From a candidate division WOR-3 bacterium (GTDB lineage Bacteria; Hydrothermota; Hydrothermia; JBDRYB01): DNA of 19,762 nt. Position numbers and translations under genes: made by a program. The notes below the pieces were generated by a model. It saw only the letters and a program-made list of their open reading frames with translations, did no database searches and was not told the DNA's origin. The first letter of the stretch is position 1. Every line of letters begins with the position of its first letter. Of the stretch, positions 9,046-17,067 are shown in pieces. Location: contig JBDRYB010000032.1 in assembly GCA_039803205.1 (NCBI GenBank), positions 1 to 19,762 on the forward strand, read 5' to 3'.

Positions 9046-9885
9046 TCACCGGGCCAAAATGAACTCCATAACCTGCCTCAGACCTATTTCCTCCAAGCTC
9101 GTGAAAAGGACAAGAGCCCAGAGAACGAGGTTTGTCATGAGTCCTGCGGCCACATCATCTAGAACTATTGCTCCCGGTATCTCCATCCTGTCCAATTGCC
9201 TCACTGGCGGAGGCTTCAGAATGTCAAAGGCCCTGAAAAGCAAGAAGGCGAGGATGTAGACTATGGAAGTCTTCGGCAGAAACATAACGGATAGCCCAGC
9301 CCCGAGAGCCTCATCTATCACGACCCTCTTGGGATCCGGTCCCCAAAGGCTCTCAGCGTGGTGGGCTGACCAGAAGGCCATCACAGCGAGAGGGAGCAGG
9401 AGCATGAATATGATGGGAGGGGAAAGGGGCGCAAAGAACAGCGCGAGAAGAACAAAGCCCGATGCCCATGTGGCAGGGGCCTTCGGCATGTAGCCAACGA
9501 AGAACATGGTCGAGAAGTTCCTGAGAAGCCAGAGGTTCGTCCTCTGGGGCAGAAAAACAGCTACCGAAGCGCCGGCTATTCCCCAGAATGCATCAAGAAG
9601 GCTCGCTTGACGCCAGGGCATGAGGTCCTGGACTGATTCGGTAAGAAAGGCTATGGCGGCCGCGAGGACCCATGCAAAGGGCCTCCCCTTGCCGCCGGTG
9701 GCTATGAGAAAAAAATAGACCAAAAAGAAATAACCCGCAAAGTGAAAGGCCTTATCGGTCCAGTATGGGCCGCCTTCCGCGACGGGGCTCGGGACAAAGG
9801 AGAGGATGACCAGGATCCCGAGATAAATCCAAAGAAGGAAACCCATTCCGGTTTTGGGCTCTTGGGGCTTATTTTGCCTATCCAT
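9046..9885 (-). CDS. pgpA: VanZ-like membrane domain fused to phosphatidylglycerophosphatase A (~279 aa)
   Basis: N-terminal half: DKAFHFAGY...TESVQDLMPWRQASLLD (VanZ-like). C-terminal half: GYMPKAPATWAS, DPKRVVIDE, LFRAFDILKP, IVLDDVAAG (PgpA). ATG 9885 overlaps the comM stop at 9878-9880. Confidence 0.8.
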   Translation of the reverse strand: MDRQNKPQEPKTGMGFLLWIYLGILVILSFVPSPVAEGGPYWTDKAFHFAGYFFLVYFFLIATGGKGRPFAWVLAAAIAFLTESVQDLMPWRQASLLDAFWGIAGASVAVFLPQRTNLWLLRNFSTMFFVGYMPKAPATWASGFVLLALFFAPLSPPIIFMLLLPLAVMAFWSAHHAESLWGPDPKRVVIDEALGAGLSVMFLPKTSIVYILAFLLFRAFDILKPPPVRQLDRMEIPGAIVLDDVAAGLMTNLVLWALVLFTSLEEIGLRQVMEFILAR

Positions 9886-11419
9886 ACTTTCCCCAGCTCG
9901 CCCTGTCCAGGACCCTGTATTGGATCGCCTCTGATATGTGGTGAGCCTTAATATCATCAGAGCCGTCAAGATCGGCTATTGTCCTTGCGACCTTGAGGAC
10001 CCTTGAGTATGCCCTCGCCGATAAGCCGAACCGCTCAATAGCGGCTCTCAGCAGAGCATCCGAGGCCTCGTCTATCGTGCAGTAGCGCTTTATGTGCCTT
10101 GCGGTCATGTGGGAGTTGAAATAGACCCCTCGCTCGCCAGCGAACCTTTTGGACTGGCGTTCCCTCGCTGATATGACGCGCGCCCTTATCTTTTCCGATG
10201 GCTCGCCTTCCCGCTTTGACCTCAGCTCGTCGTAGCTGAGAGCCGGAACCTCAATGTGTATGTCTATCCTGTCAAGCAAGGGGCCGGATATCCTCCCGGT
10301 GTAGGTCTTTATCTGGTGAGGGGAGCAGGTGCAATTGTGCCTGGGATCCGTGTAGTATCCGCAAGGGCAAGGGTTCATGGCGGCTATTAAGGTGAAACGG
10401 GCGGGAAAGCGGACAGAGGCCTTTGCCCTCGTTATGACAACATATCCATCCTCCATCGGCTGGCGCAGGACCTCCAGCGCTCCCCGCGTGAACTCAGGGA
10501 GTTCATCCAGGAATAGAACGCCGTTGTGGGCCAAAGAAACCTCGCCCGGCCTCGGATACGAGCCTCCGCCGATGAGCCCAACATCGGATATGGTGTGGTG
10601 AGGAGCCCTGAACGGCCTCGTGGCCACGAGTGCCTGGCCGGGCTCAAGCAGGCCAGCGACAGAGTGAACCCTCGTCGTTTCAAGGGATTCCTCAAGCGTC
10701 ATCGGGGGAAGTATGGTGGATACCCTCCTGGCTAGCATGGTCTTGCCCGAGCCGGGGGGCCCTATCATGAGGACATTGTGGGCGCCAGCCGCGGCAACCT
10801 CAAGTGCCCTCTTCGCGTGTTCTTGGCCCTTTACCTCTGAGAAATCAACATCATACACGCTGTAATCCGCGAAAGCCTTCTCTTTGTCAATCTCGCAGGT
10901 AGGGAAGGAACCACCCCTGAAGAACTCAACTGCCTGAGAGAGGTTTTCCAGGGCATATACCTTTATCCCTTCAACAACCGCGGCCTCCGGGCCATTATCC
11001 CTCGGTATGACTATGCCCTCAAGGCCCAAATCCTTCGCGAGGACAGCCGAGGGGAGAACCCCTTTAACCCCCCTCAGGTTGCCATCCAAGGAGAGCTCCC
11101 CCAGGACGAGAAACCCCATAAGCCTCTCAGCCGGAATGTTTCCGGAGGCCGCGAGAATGCCTATGGCTATGGGAAGGTCAAGGGCTGTCCCCTCCTTCTT
11201 TATGTCAGCTGGCGCGAGGTTTATGCGCAGTCTTCTGAGGGGGAAAAGCAGTCCGGAGTTGGTCATGGCGGACTGGATGCGCTCCCGTGATTCCTTGACG
11301 GCGGCCTCGGGAAGTCCAACCAGGGCGAAATAAGGCACCCCTTGGCTGAGGTCAACCTCAACCTCAACGGGAAACGCCTCAACCCCCCTGATCCCGGCCG
11401 ATATTACCCTTACGAACAC
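9878..11419 (-). CDS. comM: YifB/ComM family Mg-chelatase-like AAA+ ATPase (513 aa)
   Basis: VGLPEAAVKESRER, INLAPADIKKEG, GELSLDG, Walker A GPPGSGKT, RPFRAPHHT, GEVSLAHNGVLFLDELPEF, MNPCPCG, SGPLLDRID, LSARAYSRVLKVARTIADL. Confidence 0.96.
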   Translation of the reverse strand: MFVRVISAGIRGVEAFPVEVEVDLSQGVPYFALVGLPEAAVKESRERIQSAMTNSGLLFPLRRLRINLAPADIKKEGTALDLPIAIGILAASGNIPAERLMGFLVLGELSLDGNLRGVKGVLPSAVLAKDLGLEGIVIPRDNGPEAAVVEGIKVYALENLSQAVEFFRGGSFPTCEIDKEKAFADYSVYDVDFSEVKGQEHAKRALEVAAAGAHNVLMIGPPGSGKTMLARRVSTILPPMTLEESLETTRVHSVAGLLEPGQALVATRPFRAPHHTISDVGLIGGGSYPRPGEVSLAHNGVLFLDELPEFTRGALEVLRQPMEDGYVVITRAKASVRFPARFTLIAAMNPCPCGYYTDPRHNCTCSPHQIKTYTGRISGPLLDRIDIHIEVPALSYDELRSKREGEPSEKIRARVISARERQSKRFAGERGVYFNSHMTARHIKRYCTIDEASDALLRAAIERFGLSARAYSRVLKVARTIADLDGSDDIKAHHISEAIQYRVLDRASWGKYG

Positions 11420-11424
11420 CCGAA

Positions 11425-11454
11425 ATTATGAGCCAAAAAGCCAGAGACACGCAA
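11425..11454 (-). promoter_or_regulatory. Putative leaderless promoter of comM, lying inside the 3' end of the small ORF
   Basis: Minus strand: TTGCGT (11454-11449), 18 nt, CATAAT (11430-11425), 5 nt, GTG 11419. No SD. Confidence 0.45.
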
Positions 11455-11608
11455 GGAGAACGAGCTCCCCCTCATCCCTTCTGCCGGGGAAATCAAATCG
11501 GAAGAAGAAGTGGGAGCCTCTACAACAGAGGAAACATAGCCCCGCAAGAACGCCCAAACAAATCACAATCGTTATAATGCTTATCCAAAGAACCCTTCTT
11601 CTTGACAC
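11426..11608 (-). CDS. Small hypothetical single-pass membrane protein (60 aa)
   Basis: Fills the mcp-comM gap with 4-nt and 6-nt spacers. Basic N-terminus (SRRR), one ~22-aa hydrophobic helix, then a Cys cluster (LCFLCCR). Weak SD. Confidence 0.5.
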   Translation of the reverse strand: MSRRRVLWISIITIVICLGVLAGLCFLCCRGSHFFFRFDFPGRRDEGELVLLACLWLFGS

Positions 11609-11612
11609 TTTT

Positions 11613-12800
11613 CTATCTCATGAAATCAGCGAGCACCCCTCGGAGCTCATCCATCCTAGTCTTTATCTCGTCGTTTATCCTGGAGAGCTCTTGAGCTGCC
11701 GCGGCTACCTCTGAGCCAGCACGAGATACCTCGCTCACCTGCCGGCTGAGCTCCGTTATGACCTGGGATTGCTCCTCTGATGCCGTGGATACAGCGAGCA
11801 TCTTGTCAGCGACCTGCTCTATTGAGCTGGCTATAAGGTGGAATGTCATTCTGAGTCCCTGTATGTCCCCTGTTAGGTCCTGAACGAGTTGAGAGCTCTC
11901 CTGTATCCCGGATATAACCCCCTTAAGGGAGCTCATTACCCCCCCGACAACCTCACCTACCTCCTTTGATGCTCTCATGGAGCGTTCCGCCAAACCCCTT
12001 ATCTCATCGGCAACAACCGCGAACCCTCTTCCTGCCTCGCCTGCCCTCCCTGCTTCTATCGCCGCGTTCAGGGACAGGAGGTTCGTTTCCTCGGATATGT
12101 CATTTATGAGGGCTATGGCGCTGGTTATCTCCTCAGCTACGGCCTCAAGCCTTGATACCTCCTCAATAAGCCTGTCCATGGAACCCTTGGCGAGGGTTGC
12201 CTTGTTGGTTATCGTCTCAACGCTCATGCCGCCCTCCCCTGCCATTGCCCTGGCCTCTGATGAGAGCTCTGTCGCGGACTGGACGGCCGCCGCAACTTCC
12301 CCGACGCTCGCCGATACCTGGCCCAGGGCCGCTGAGGAGGCCTCTATCCTGTCCTGTTGCTCCTGGATGCTCCTCCCTGTCTCCTCTGCCGCTGCCGCGG
12401 CCTGGGCTACGGACTCCCCAACGGCGTTCGTGACCTCCCCCACCTTTTTTATGAAGCCTTCAAGCTTTCCGATTGCCCTGTTGAAGTGCCTCCTGAATGC
12501 GCGCTCTTCCGCAATCCCTTTCTCCTCCATCCTGAAGGAAATGTTTCCCTCAGCCAGGGACCACATCGCTCCCGTAGTCTCGCCTATTATCCTTCTTACT
12601 GTAGCGGTGCTTATCCATCCCACTAGGAAGCAAGAGCCGAGACTAATCAGAAAAGCGAAAACGCTCCCAAGCATGATGAGCCAGACGCCTGCTGATCTGA
12701 GAAATATTAGGCTCATGATGAGGAAAACCACAGCCCCTCCCGCGGAGACCGCGATAGACATGAGAAAGACATGCACGGTGTAAGGGATCTTTTCTCTCAT
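11613..12800 (-). CDS. Methyl-accepting chemotaxis protein with two TM helices and no extracytoplasmic sensor domain (395 aa)
   Basis: Hairpin tip [36 protein letters not shown]. Methylation-like sites [25 protein letters not shown]-like linker. ATGA overlap with cheR. Confidence 0.95.
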   Translation of the reverse strand: MREKIPYTVHVFLMSIAVSAGGAVVFLIMSLIFLRSAGVWLIMLGSVFAFLISLGSCFLVGWISTATVRRIIGETTGAMWSLAEGNISFRMEEKGIAEERAFRRHFNRAIGKLEGFIKKVGEVTNAVGESVAQAAAAAEETGRSIQEQQDRIEASSAALGQVSASVGEVAAAVQSATELSSEARAMAGEGGMSVETITNKATLAKGSMDRLIEEVSRLEAVAEEITSAIALINDISEETNLLSLNAAIEAGRAGEAGRGFAVVADEIRGLAERSMRASKEVGEVVGGVMSSLKGVISGIQESSQLVQDLTGDIQGLRMTFHLIASSIEQVADKMLAVSTASEEQSQVITELSRQVSEVSRAGSEVAAAAQELSRINDEIKTRMDELRGVLADFMR

Positions 12801-13609
12801 TTTATCTGCCCCTTTTTCACAAAGATGGTAAGCCCCTCAAGCCTCTCTTGGCTGAAGATCCCGAAAGTCCCTCCCGGTATCTCAACCTGACCCAGGATCA
12901 GATATGCCCCGTCGCTCATGGCATCCCTTATGTTCATGAGCACCTTCGCTCTGAGCCCTGGCTGGATGTAAATGAGGGTGTTTCTGAGAAGAACGAGGTC
13001 AAACGGCCCCAAACCACCTAGGCCCTTCAAGAGATTGCAGAACTCAAACCTCACCAACCCTCTCAGTTTATCGGGAAGACTGAACTGTCCGTTTGCTCCC
13101 AGAATAGCAAATTCTGAGACGATGCTCCTTGCGGGCTCGTCCGCGTGCCTCATGGAGAACTGGCCGAATACGCCCTGCTTTGCCCTCATGATGCTCCTGG
13201 TGTTTATGTCCACGCCAAGGACATCTATCTTGTCCATCGGCAGATTATAGTGCAAAGCAAGCATGATCAACGAGTATGCCTCCTCGCCAGTGGCTGAACC
13301 AGCTGAAAGAACATGTGCCTCATCTCTTTCGGATATTATCCTCGGGACTATGACCCGCGCCGCGAGATCGAGGAAAGGGAACTCCCGCATGAAATAAGTC
13401 TCGGGGATGGTAAGAAGGTTAACCAGCTCCTGAAACTCCTCCGGATTCGCCATAAGCCCCTTAATATAGCGCTCCGGAGAGGGATTTTGGGTCAGCCTGA
13501 GCCTTTTTTCCACAGCCGAAACCAGAAGGTAATCCTTCTCAGGCGGAAAGAAGAGCCCGGTCTCCTGGACGAGAAGATTTTTGAGTTCAGCTAAGCTTTC
13601 CGGTCTCAT
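12797..13609 (-). CDS. cheR: Chemoreceptor glutamate methyltransferase CheR (270 aa)
   Basis: [57 protein letters not shown] overlap with the upstream cheW. Confidence 0.93.
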   Translation of the reverse strand: MRPESLAELKNLLVQETGLFFPPEKDYLLVSAVEKRLRLTQNPSPERYIKGLMANPEEFQELVNLLTIPETYFMREFPFLDLAARVIVPRIISERDEAHVLSAGSATGEEAYSLIMLALHYNLPMDKIDVLGVDINTRSIMRAKQGVFGQFSMRHADEPARSIVSEFAILGANGQFSLPDKLRGLVRFEFCNLLKGLGGLGPFDLVLLRNTLIYIQPGLRAKVLMNIRDAMSDGAYLILGQVEIPGGTFGIFSQERLEGLTIFVKKGQIK

Positions 13610-14124
13610 TTCCCCTTCAGCTCCTTTTCCAGCTCAAGAGCGAGCCTCCTCAGGCGCTTTGAGCCTCTTCTCTCGGCTATAACCGAAAGCTGGGAAGCGC
13701 AGAACCTCAAGAATTCCTCTTCTCCGAGCGCGAGAGCGGCTTCCCCGAGTTCGGGTTTGGTGATGACCCTATCGGGATCAATAACCCATGCCCTTTGCTT
13801 CCCTATCATCCCAGAAAGCCATTCCTCTGAACCCGGAGGGGCCGGCTCTTTGGTTTCCGCGTCGGTTATGCTGATTGCCCTATCCGCTGGAAATCCAACC
13901 GGAATACCGCTTACATCTGTTACTACCGCAAAGCCCGGGTTCGCGTTCTCTGCGCCAAGCGCCTCAGGTCTCAGAATGGCGATGACCTTTCCTCGCCAGG
14001 GAACCGATCCCATGTAGACTTTGCCCGGAGCAGGACCGAGAAGGGCAAGCTTTATGACCTCTTGGACCTTATCCCCTGACAAGGCCAGGAGCTTTGAACC
14101 CAGACTGAAGATCAGATACCGCAA
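13606..14124 (-). CDS. cheW: CheW-like adaptor with a ~50-aa C-terminal helical extension (172 aa)
   Basis: YLIFSLGSKLLAL...VQEVI, GSVPWRGKVIAIL, VGFPADRAISI, VIDPDRV. TTG start with a GAGAGG SD. Confidence 0.8.
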   Translation of the reverse strand: MRYLIFSLGSKLLALSGDKVQEVIKLALLGPAPGKVYMGSVPWRGKVIAILRPEALGAENANPGFAVVTDVSGIPVGFPADRAISITDAETKEPAPPGSEEWLSGMIGKQRAWVIDPDRVITKPELGEAALALGEEEFLRFCASQLSVIAERRGSKRLRRLALELEKELKGK

Positions 14125-14489
14125 AGCCTCTCCAGTTCCTCTACATCAAGCACAAGCCTCCCTTCGCCGTATACCCCTGCGAACGGAGGCTCCTCGGCTG
14201 AGACGATCTCGCCATCCTCAATTCCCATAATCGCATCCGCTAAAACAGCCACAGAACCCGTTTTCCCCTGGACGATGCAGGCCCAAGTCCCTCGGCGGGC
14301 TTGAATTCCAAGAAAGACGCCGAGATCCACCATTGGACAGAGCTCTCCTCGCCAATTACATATCCCAACAACCCCCCTCTCACCGAGGGGAAGGCGGACA
14401 TGCCTCAGATCCCTCGCTACACCAAGGACATCGCTCATGCGGAAGGCAAGAGCCTTTTCTCCAATCCTGAAAGCCACGAACCTATCCAA
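14112..14489 (-). CDS. cheW: CheW adaptor (~125 aa)
   Basis: FVAFRIGEKALAF...VLGV, VVGICNWRGELCPMVDLG, VAVLADAIMGI, LVLDVEEL. TTG 14489 follows a G-rich SD and overlaps the cheA stop. Confidence 0.87.
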   Translation of the reverse strand: MDRFVAFRIGEKALAFRMSDVLGVARDLRHVRLPLGERGVVGICNWRGELCPMVDLGVFLGIQARRGTWACIVQGKTGSVAVLADAIMGIEDGEIVSAEEPPFAGVYGEGRLVLDVEELERLCGI

Positions 14490-15999
14490 TTCCGACCCCC
14501 TTTTCAGCGAAAAACCCCGGCTCCAGGACAAGGATGGGGGTGCCGTCAGGGCCCGTTATCGCGCCTATCACAGAATTTCCAGCCGCGCCGCGTATGGGCC
14601 TTATCACCCCCTTTCCCTCACCCACGAACTCGTCAACCAGAAGGGCGAACTCTCGGACGCCTCGTCTCATGATTATTATCATGTCGCCCTCAGAAGCCCT
14701 ACCCAGAAGTTCGGCCATGGACACGAGGGGAATGGAGCGGCCATCTCGTTTTATGAAACCCTTTTCTCCTATAGAAAAAACCTCCACATCCTCCATCCAA
14801 TCAACCCTGACAATTGCCGAGAGCGGGAAGGCGAAGGTCTCTCCGCAAGCCCTTATGAACGCTAGTGGGGTGACCAAAAGGGTAAGGGGGAGATCAAGGG
14901 TGATCCTCGTGCCCCTACCGTGCTCGGTCTCAAGATACACATTCCCGCCCACCCTCTCAGCGCTCTCCTTGACTACATCAAGTCCTATTCCCCTCCCCGA
15001 TATCTCACCTGCCTCATCCTTGGTCGTGAAGCCGTGCTTGAAAAGGAGGGAGAGAAGCGCTGGCTCATCCAGCTCTACATTCGGATATATCTCCCTCGCC
15101 TTCCGTCTCAGTCTCTCGGTATCAACCCCAGCCCCATCATCAGAAACCGATATTCTTATGCGGTTCCCCTCCTGGGTTGTCTCCACCGTGATGGTTCCAG
15201 ATCTCGGCTTACCAAGCGCCTCTCGGTCATCAGGCGGTTCTATTCCATGGTCAATAGCGTTTCTTATCAGGTGAACTAGCGCGTCCATTATCCCATCAGC
15301 AACCGCCTTATCAACCTTCACATCAGCCCCTATGCTCACGAAGGAAACCTCCTTCCCGAGGTCCCTTGCCAACTCCTCAGCCACCACGCTCAGGCGCCTG
15401 AAATAACGGCCCATGTCCACCATCCTGAGAGACATTATCTCGTCCCTCAGGGAATTCATCGCCAGATCAAGTTCTCGCAGTGCTCTGGAGAGCTCCTGGG
15501 GCATGCGCTCGGTTTGGGCAGAGAGCCTGTGCCTTGCAACCTCTGCCTCTCCCATGAACATAAGTATCTTGTCAAGCTTCTGGGGCGTTATCCTTATGCC
15601 GGTGGATTCCCCGAAAGCACCGGTATCCCTATAAGCGGAAAAGTCACAGGCCGAAAGCGCCTCAAGTAGGGGTCTCATGCGCTCTCTGGAAGAAGGCAGT
15701 TCGGCTCCGGTTGATTCTATCTCATCAAGGGTATCCGAGAGGCTCTCGGCGAGGGTTCTCAGGAACTGGGGAAACCCCGGAACCACCTCCTTCATGGAGG
15801 AAACCCTCTCTTCAGCGAGGTGACAGAGCGAGGTTATCCCCTCAAAACCCATGAAACCGGACGAGCCCTTCAGGGTGTGAAGGAGCCTCATTATCTCTTT
15901 TAGAACCGATGGATCTTTCCCCACTTGGTATGAGGCTGTATCAAGGCCCTGACAAACCTTTCTGGCCTCATCCAGGTAATCGCCGAGCATTTCATCCAT
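14482..15999 (-). CDS. cheA: Chemotaxis histidine kinase CheA, short P1-P3-P4-P5 form (~505 aa)
   Basis: HPt LHTLKGSSG, dimerisation IRITPQKLDKIL, N-box HLIRNAIDHG, G1 DDGAG, F/G2 GFTT...SGRGIGLDVV, C-terminal CheW domain. ATG 15999 is 2 nt after the cheB stop. Confidence 0.96.
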   Translation of the reverse strand: MDEMLGDYLDEARKVCQGLDTASYQVGKDPSVLKEIMRLLHTLKGSSGFMGFEGITSLCHLAEERVSSMKEVVPGFPQFLRTLAESLSDTLDEIESTGAELPSSRERMRPLLEALSACDFSAYRDTGAFGESTGIRITPQKLDKILMFMGEAEVARHRLSAQTERMPQELSRALRELDLAMNSLRDEIMSLRMVDMGRYFRRLSVVAEELARDLGKEVSFVSIGADVKVDKAVADGIMDALVHLIRNAIDHGIEPPDDREALGKPRSGTITVETTQEGNRIRISVSDDGAGVDTERLRRKAREIYPNVELDEPALLSLLFKHGFTTKDEAGEISGRGIGLDVVKESAERVGGNVYLETEHGRGTRITLDLPLTLLVTPLAFIRACGETFAFPLSAIVRVDWMEDVEVFSIGEKGFIKRDGRSIPLVSMAELLGRASEGDMIIIMRRGVREFALLVDEFVGEGKGVIRPIRGAAGNSVIGAITGPDGTPILVLEPGFFAEKGVGIG

Positions 16000-16001
16000 T
16001 C

Positions 16002-17009
16002 TCAATTCGCACCCCTCATCCTCTCTATGGCAAAGGCCATTTCCTCTGGGCTGGCCACAGCTCTTGCAATACCCTCTTTGACGATTGCTCCGGGCATTCC
16101 CCAGACCACGCTGCTCTCCTCGTCCTGGGCCCACACGGTTCCTCCTGCCTCCTTCAGGGCCCTCGCGCCAGCAAGCCCATCCTGGCCCATGCCTGTAAGG
16201 ACGAGGGCGAGCACGCTAGACCCTCTTGCTCTCGCGGCTGAATCAAAGAGCCTATCAACCGAAGGGCTGTATGCGGTCTGGGGATCATCCGGATACAAGT
16301 AGAGGGCGTCGCCCACTTGGTCAAGGATCAGGTCCTTTCCGCCGGGCGCTATGTAGACCACCCCCGGCTCAGCCCGCATCCCTCTCCCGGCCTCGGTTGC
16401 CGGGTGTCCGGTTCTGTCCGTTATGTGCCTGGCAAACGGCCCCGTGAACCCAGGGAGCATGTGAACCGCTATTATCGTGGGCCAAGGCAGGGGTTTTTTT
16501 ATCCCCGAAAGGAGCCTGAGGATAGCCCTCGGGCCCCCGGTGGAAGCGCCAACCAAAAGAAGGGAGCAGATCTCAGGCGGTTCAGGGAAAACCCTCATCC
16601 TGCCCAAGCCTGGCGCCTTTGAGGCCGCGGCGCCCTCTATCTTGGAGATCATAATGGAGGAAACCGAATCAAGCTCGGAAAGCCTTGATGGTTTCGCAAC
16701 ATAATCAACTGCCCCGGCCTCAAGCGCCTTTATTGTTGTCTCCGCGCCTCTCGTGGTATATGAGGAGACCATTACTACCCTCCAGGGCCCCCCTGCGAGA
16801 GCTCTGAGAGTCTCTAAGCCGTTCATCACGGGCATCTCAACATCAAGGGTTATGACATCCGGACGGAGCTCACGGGCCAACCCTATCGCCTCCTCACCGT
16901 TCCCCGCGGCGCCAACAACCTCAATCCTACCGGATGAGTCCAGTATCCTGCGAAGGGCCATTCTCACGACCGCCGAATCATCAACAACGAGAACCCTTAT
17001 TTTGCCCAA
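16002..17009 (-). CDS. cheB: Response regulator methylesterase CheB (~335 aa)
   Basis: Receiver domain VLVVDDS, TLDVEMP, AVDYVAKP. Esterase triad GASTGG, VHM, TGMGQDG. VVWGMP. Probable TTG start at 17009 (alternative 17021). Confidence 0.96.
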   Translation of the reverse strand: MGKIRVLVVDDSAVVRMALRRILDSSGRIEVVGAAGNGEEAIGLARELRPDVITLDVEMPVMNGLETLRALAGGPWRVVMVSSYTTRGAETTIKALEAGAVDYVAKPSRLSELDSVSSIMISKIEGAAASKAPGLGRMRVFPEPPEICSLLLVGASTGGPRAILRLLSGIKKPLPWPTIIAVHMLPGFTGPFARHITDRTGHPATEAGRGMRAEPGVVYIAPGGKDLILDQVGDALYLYPDDPQTAYSPSVDRLFDSAARARGSSVLALVLTGMGQDGLAGARALKEAGGTVWAQDEESSVVWGMPGAIVKEGIARAVASPEEMAFAIERMRGAN

Positions 17010-17022
17010 GTTGATCCCCAAA

Positions 17023-17052
17023 AGGATAACGCGCGGCCTCGTGTCTTCTCAA
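17023..17052 (-). promoter_or_regulatory. Putative promoter of the che operon in the polA-cheB gap
   Basis: Minus strand: TTGAGA (17052-17047), 18 nt, TATCCT (17028-17023). Confidence 0.55.
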
Positions 17053-17067
17053 GCTTTGGGACGCGCC

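Noticed and set aside
11977..12783. Long antisense ORFs (e.g. 11977-12783, 14534-15274, 1806-2453, 18736-19383)
   Set aside because: Shadow frames of well-supported genes, with Ser/Pro-rich composition and no motifs.
16000..16134. Upstream extensions of CheA (and likewise WecB 4796-4894, PgpA fusion 9886-9969, CheW 14490-14531)
   Set aside because: Each overlaps the preceding gene. Coupled downstream starts match the domain boundaries.
9878..17009. Idea that the che operon is co-transcribed with comM and controls competence
   Set aside because: Only co-orientation supports it. comM appears to have its own promoter at 11425-11454, and no uptake or pilus genes are present.
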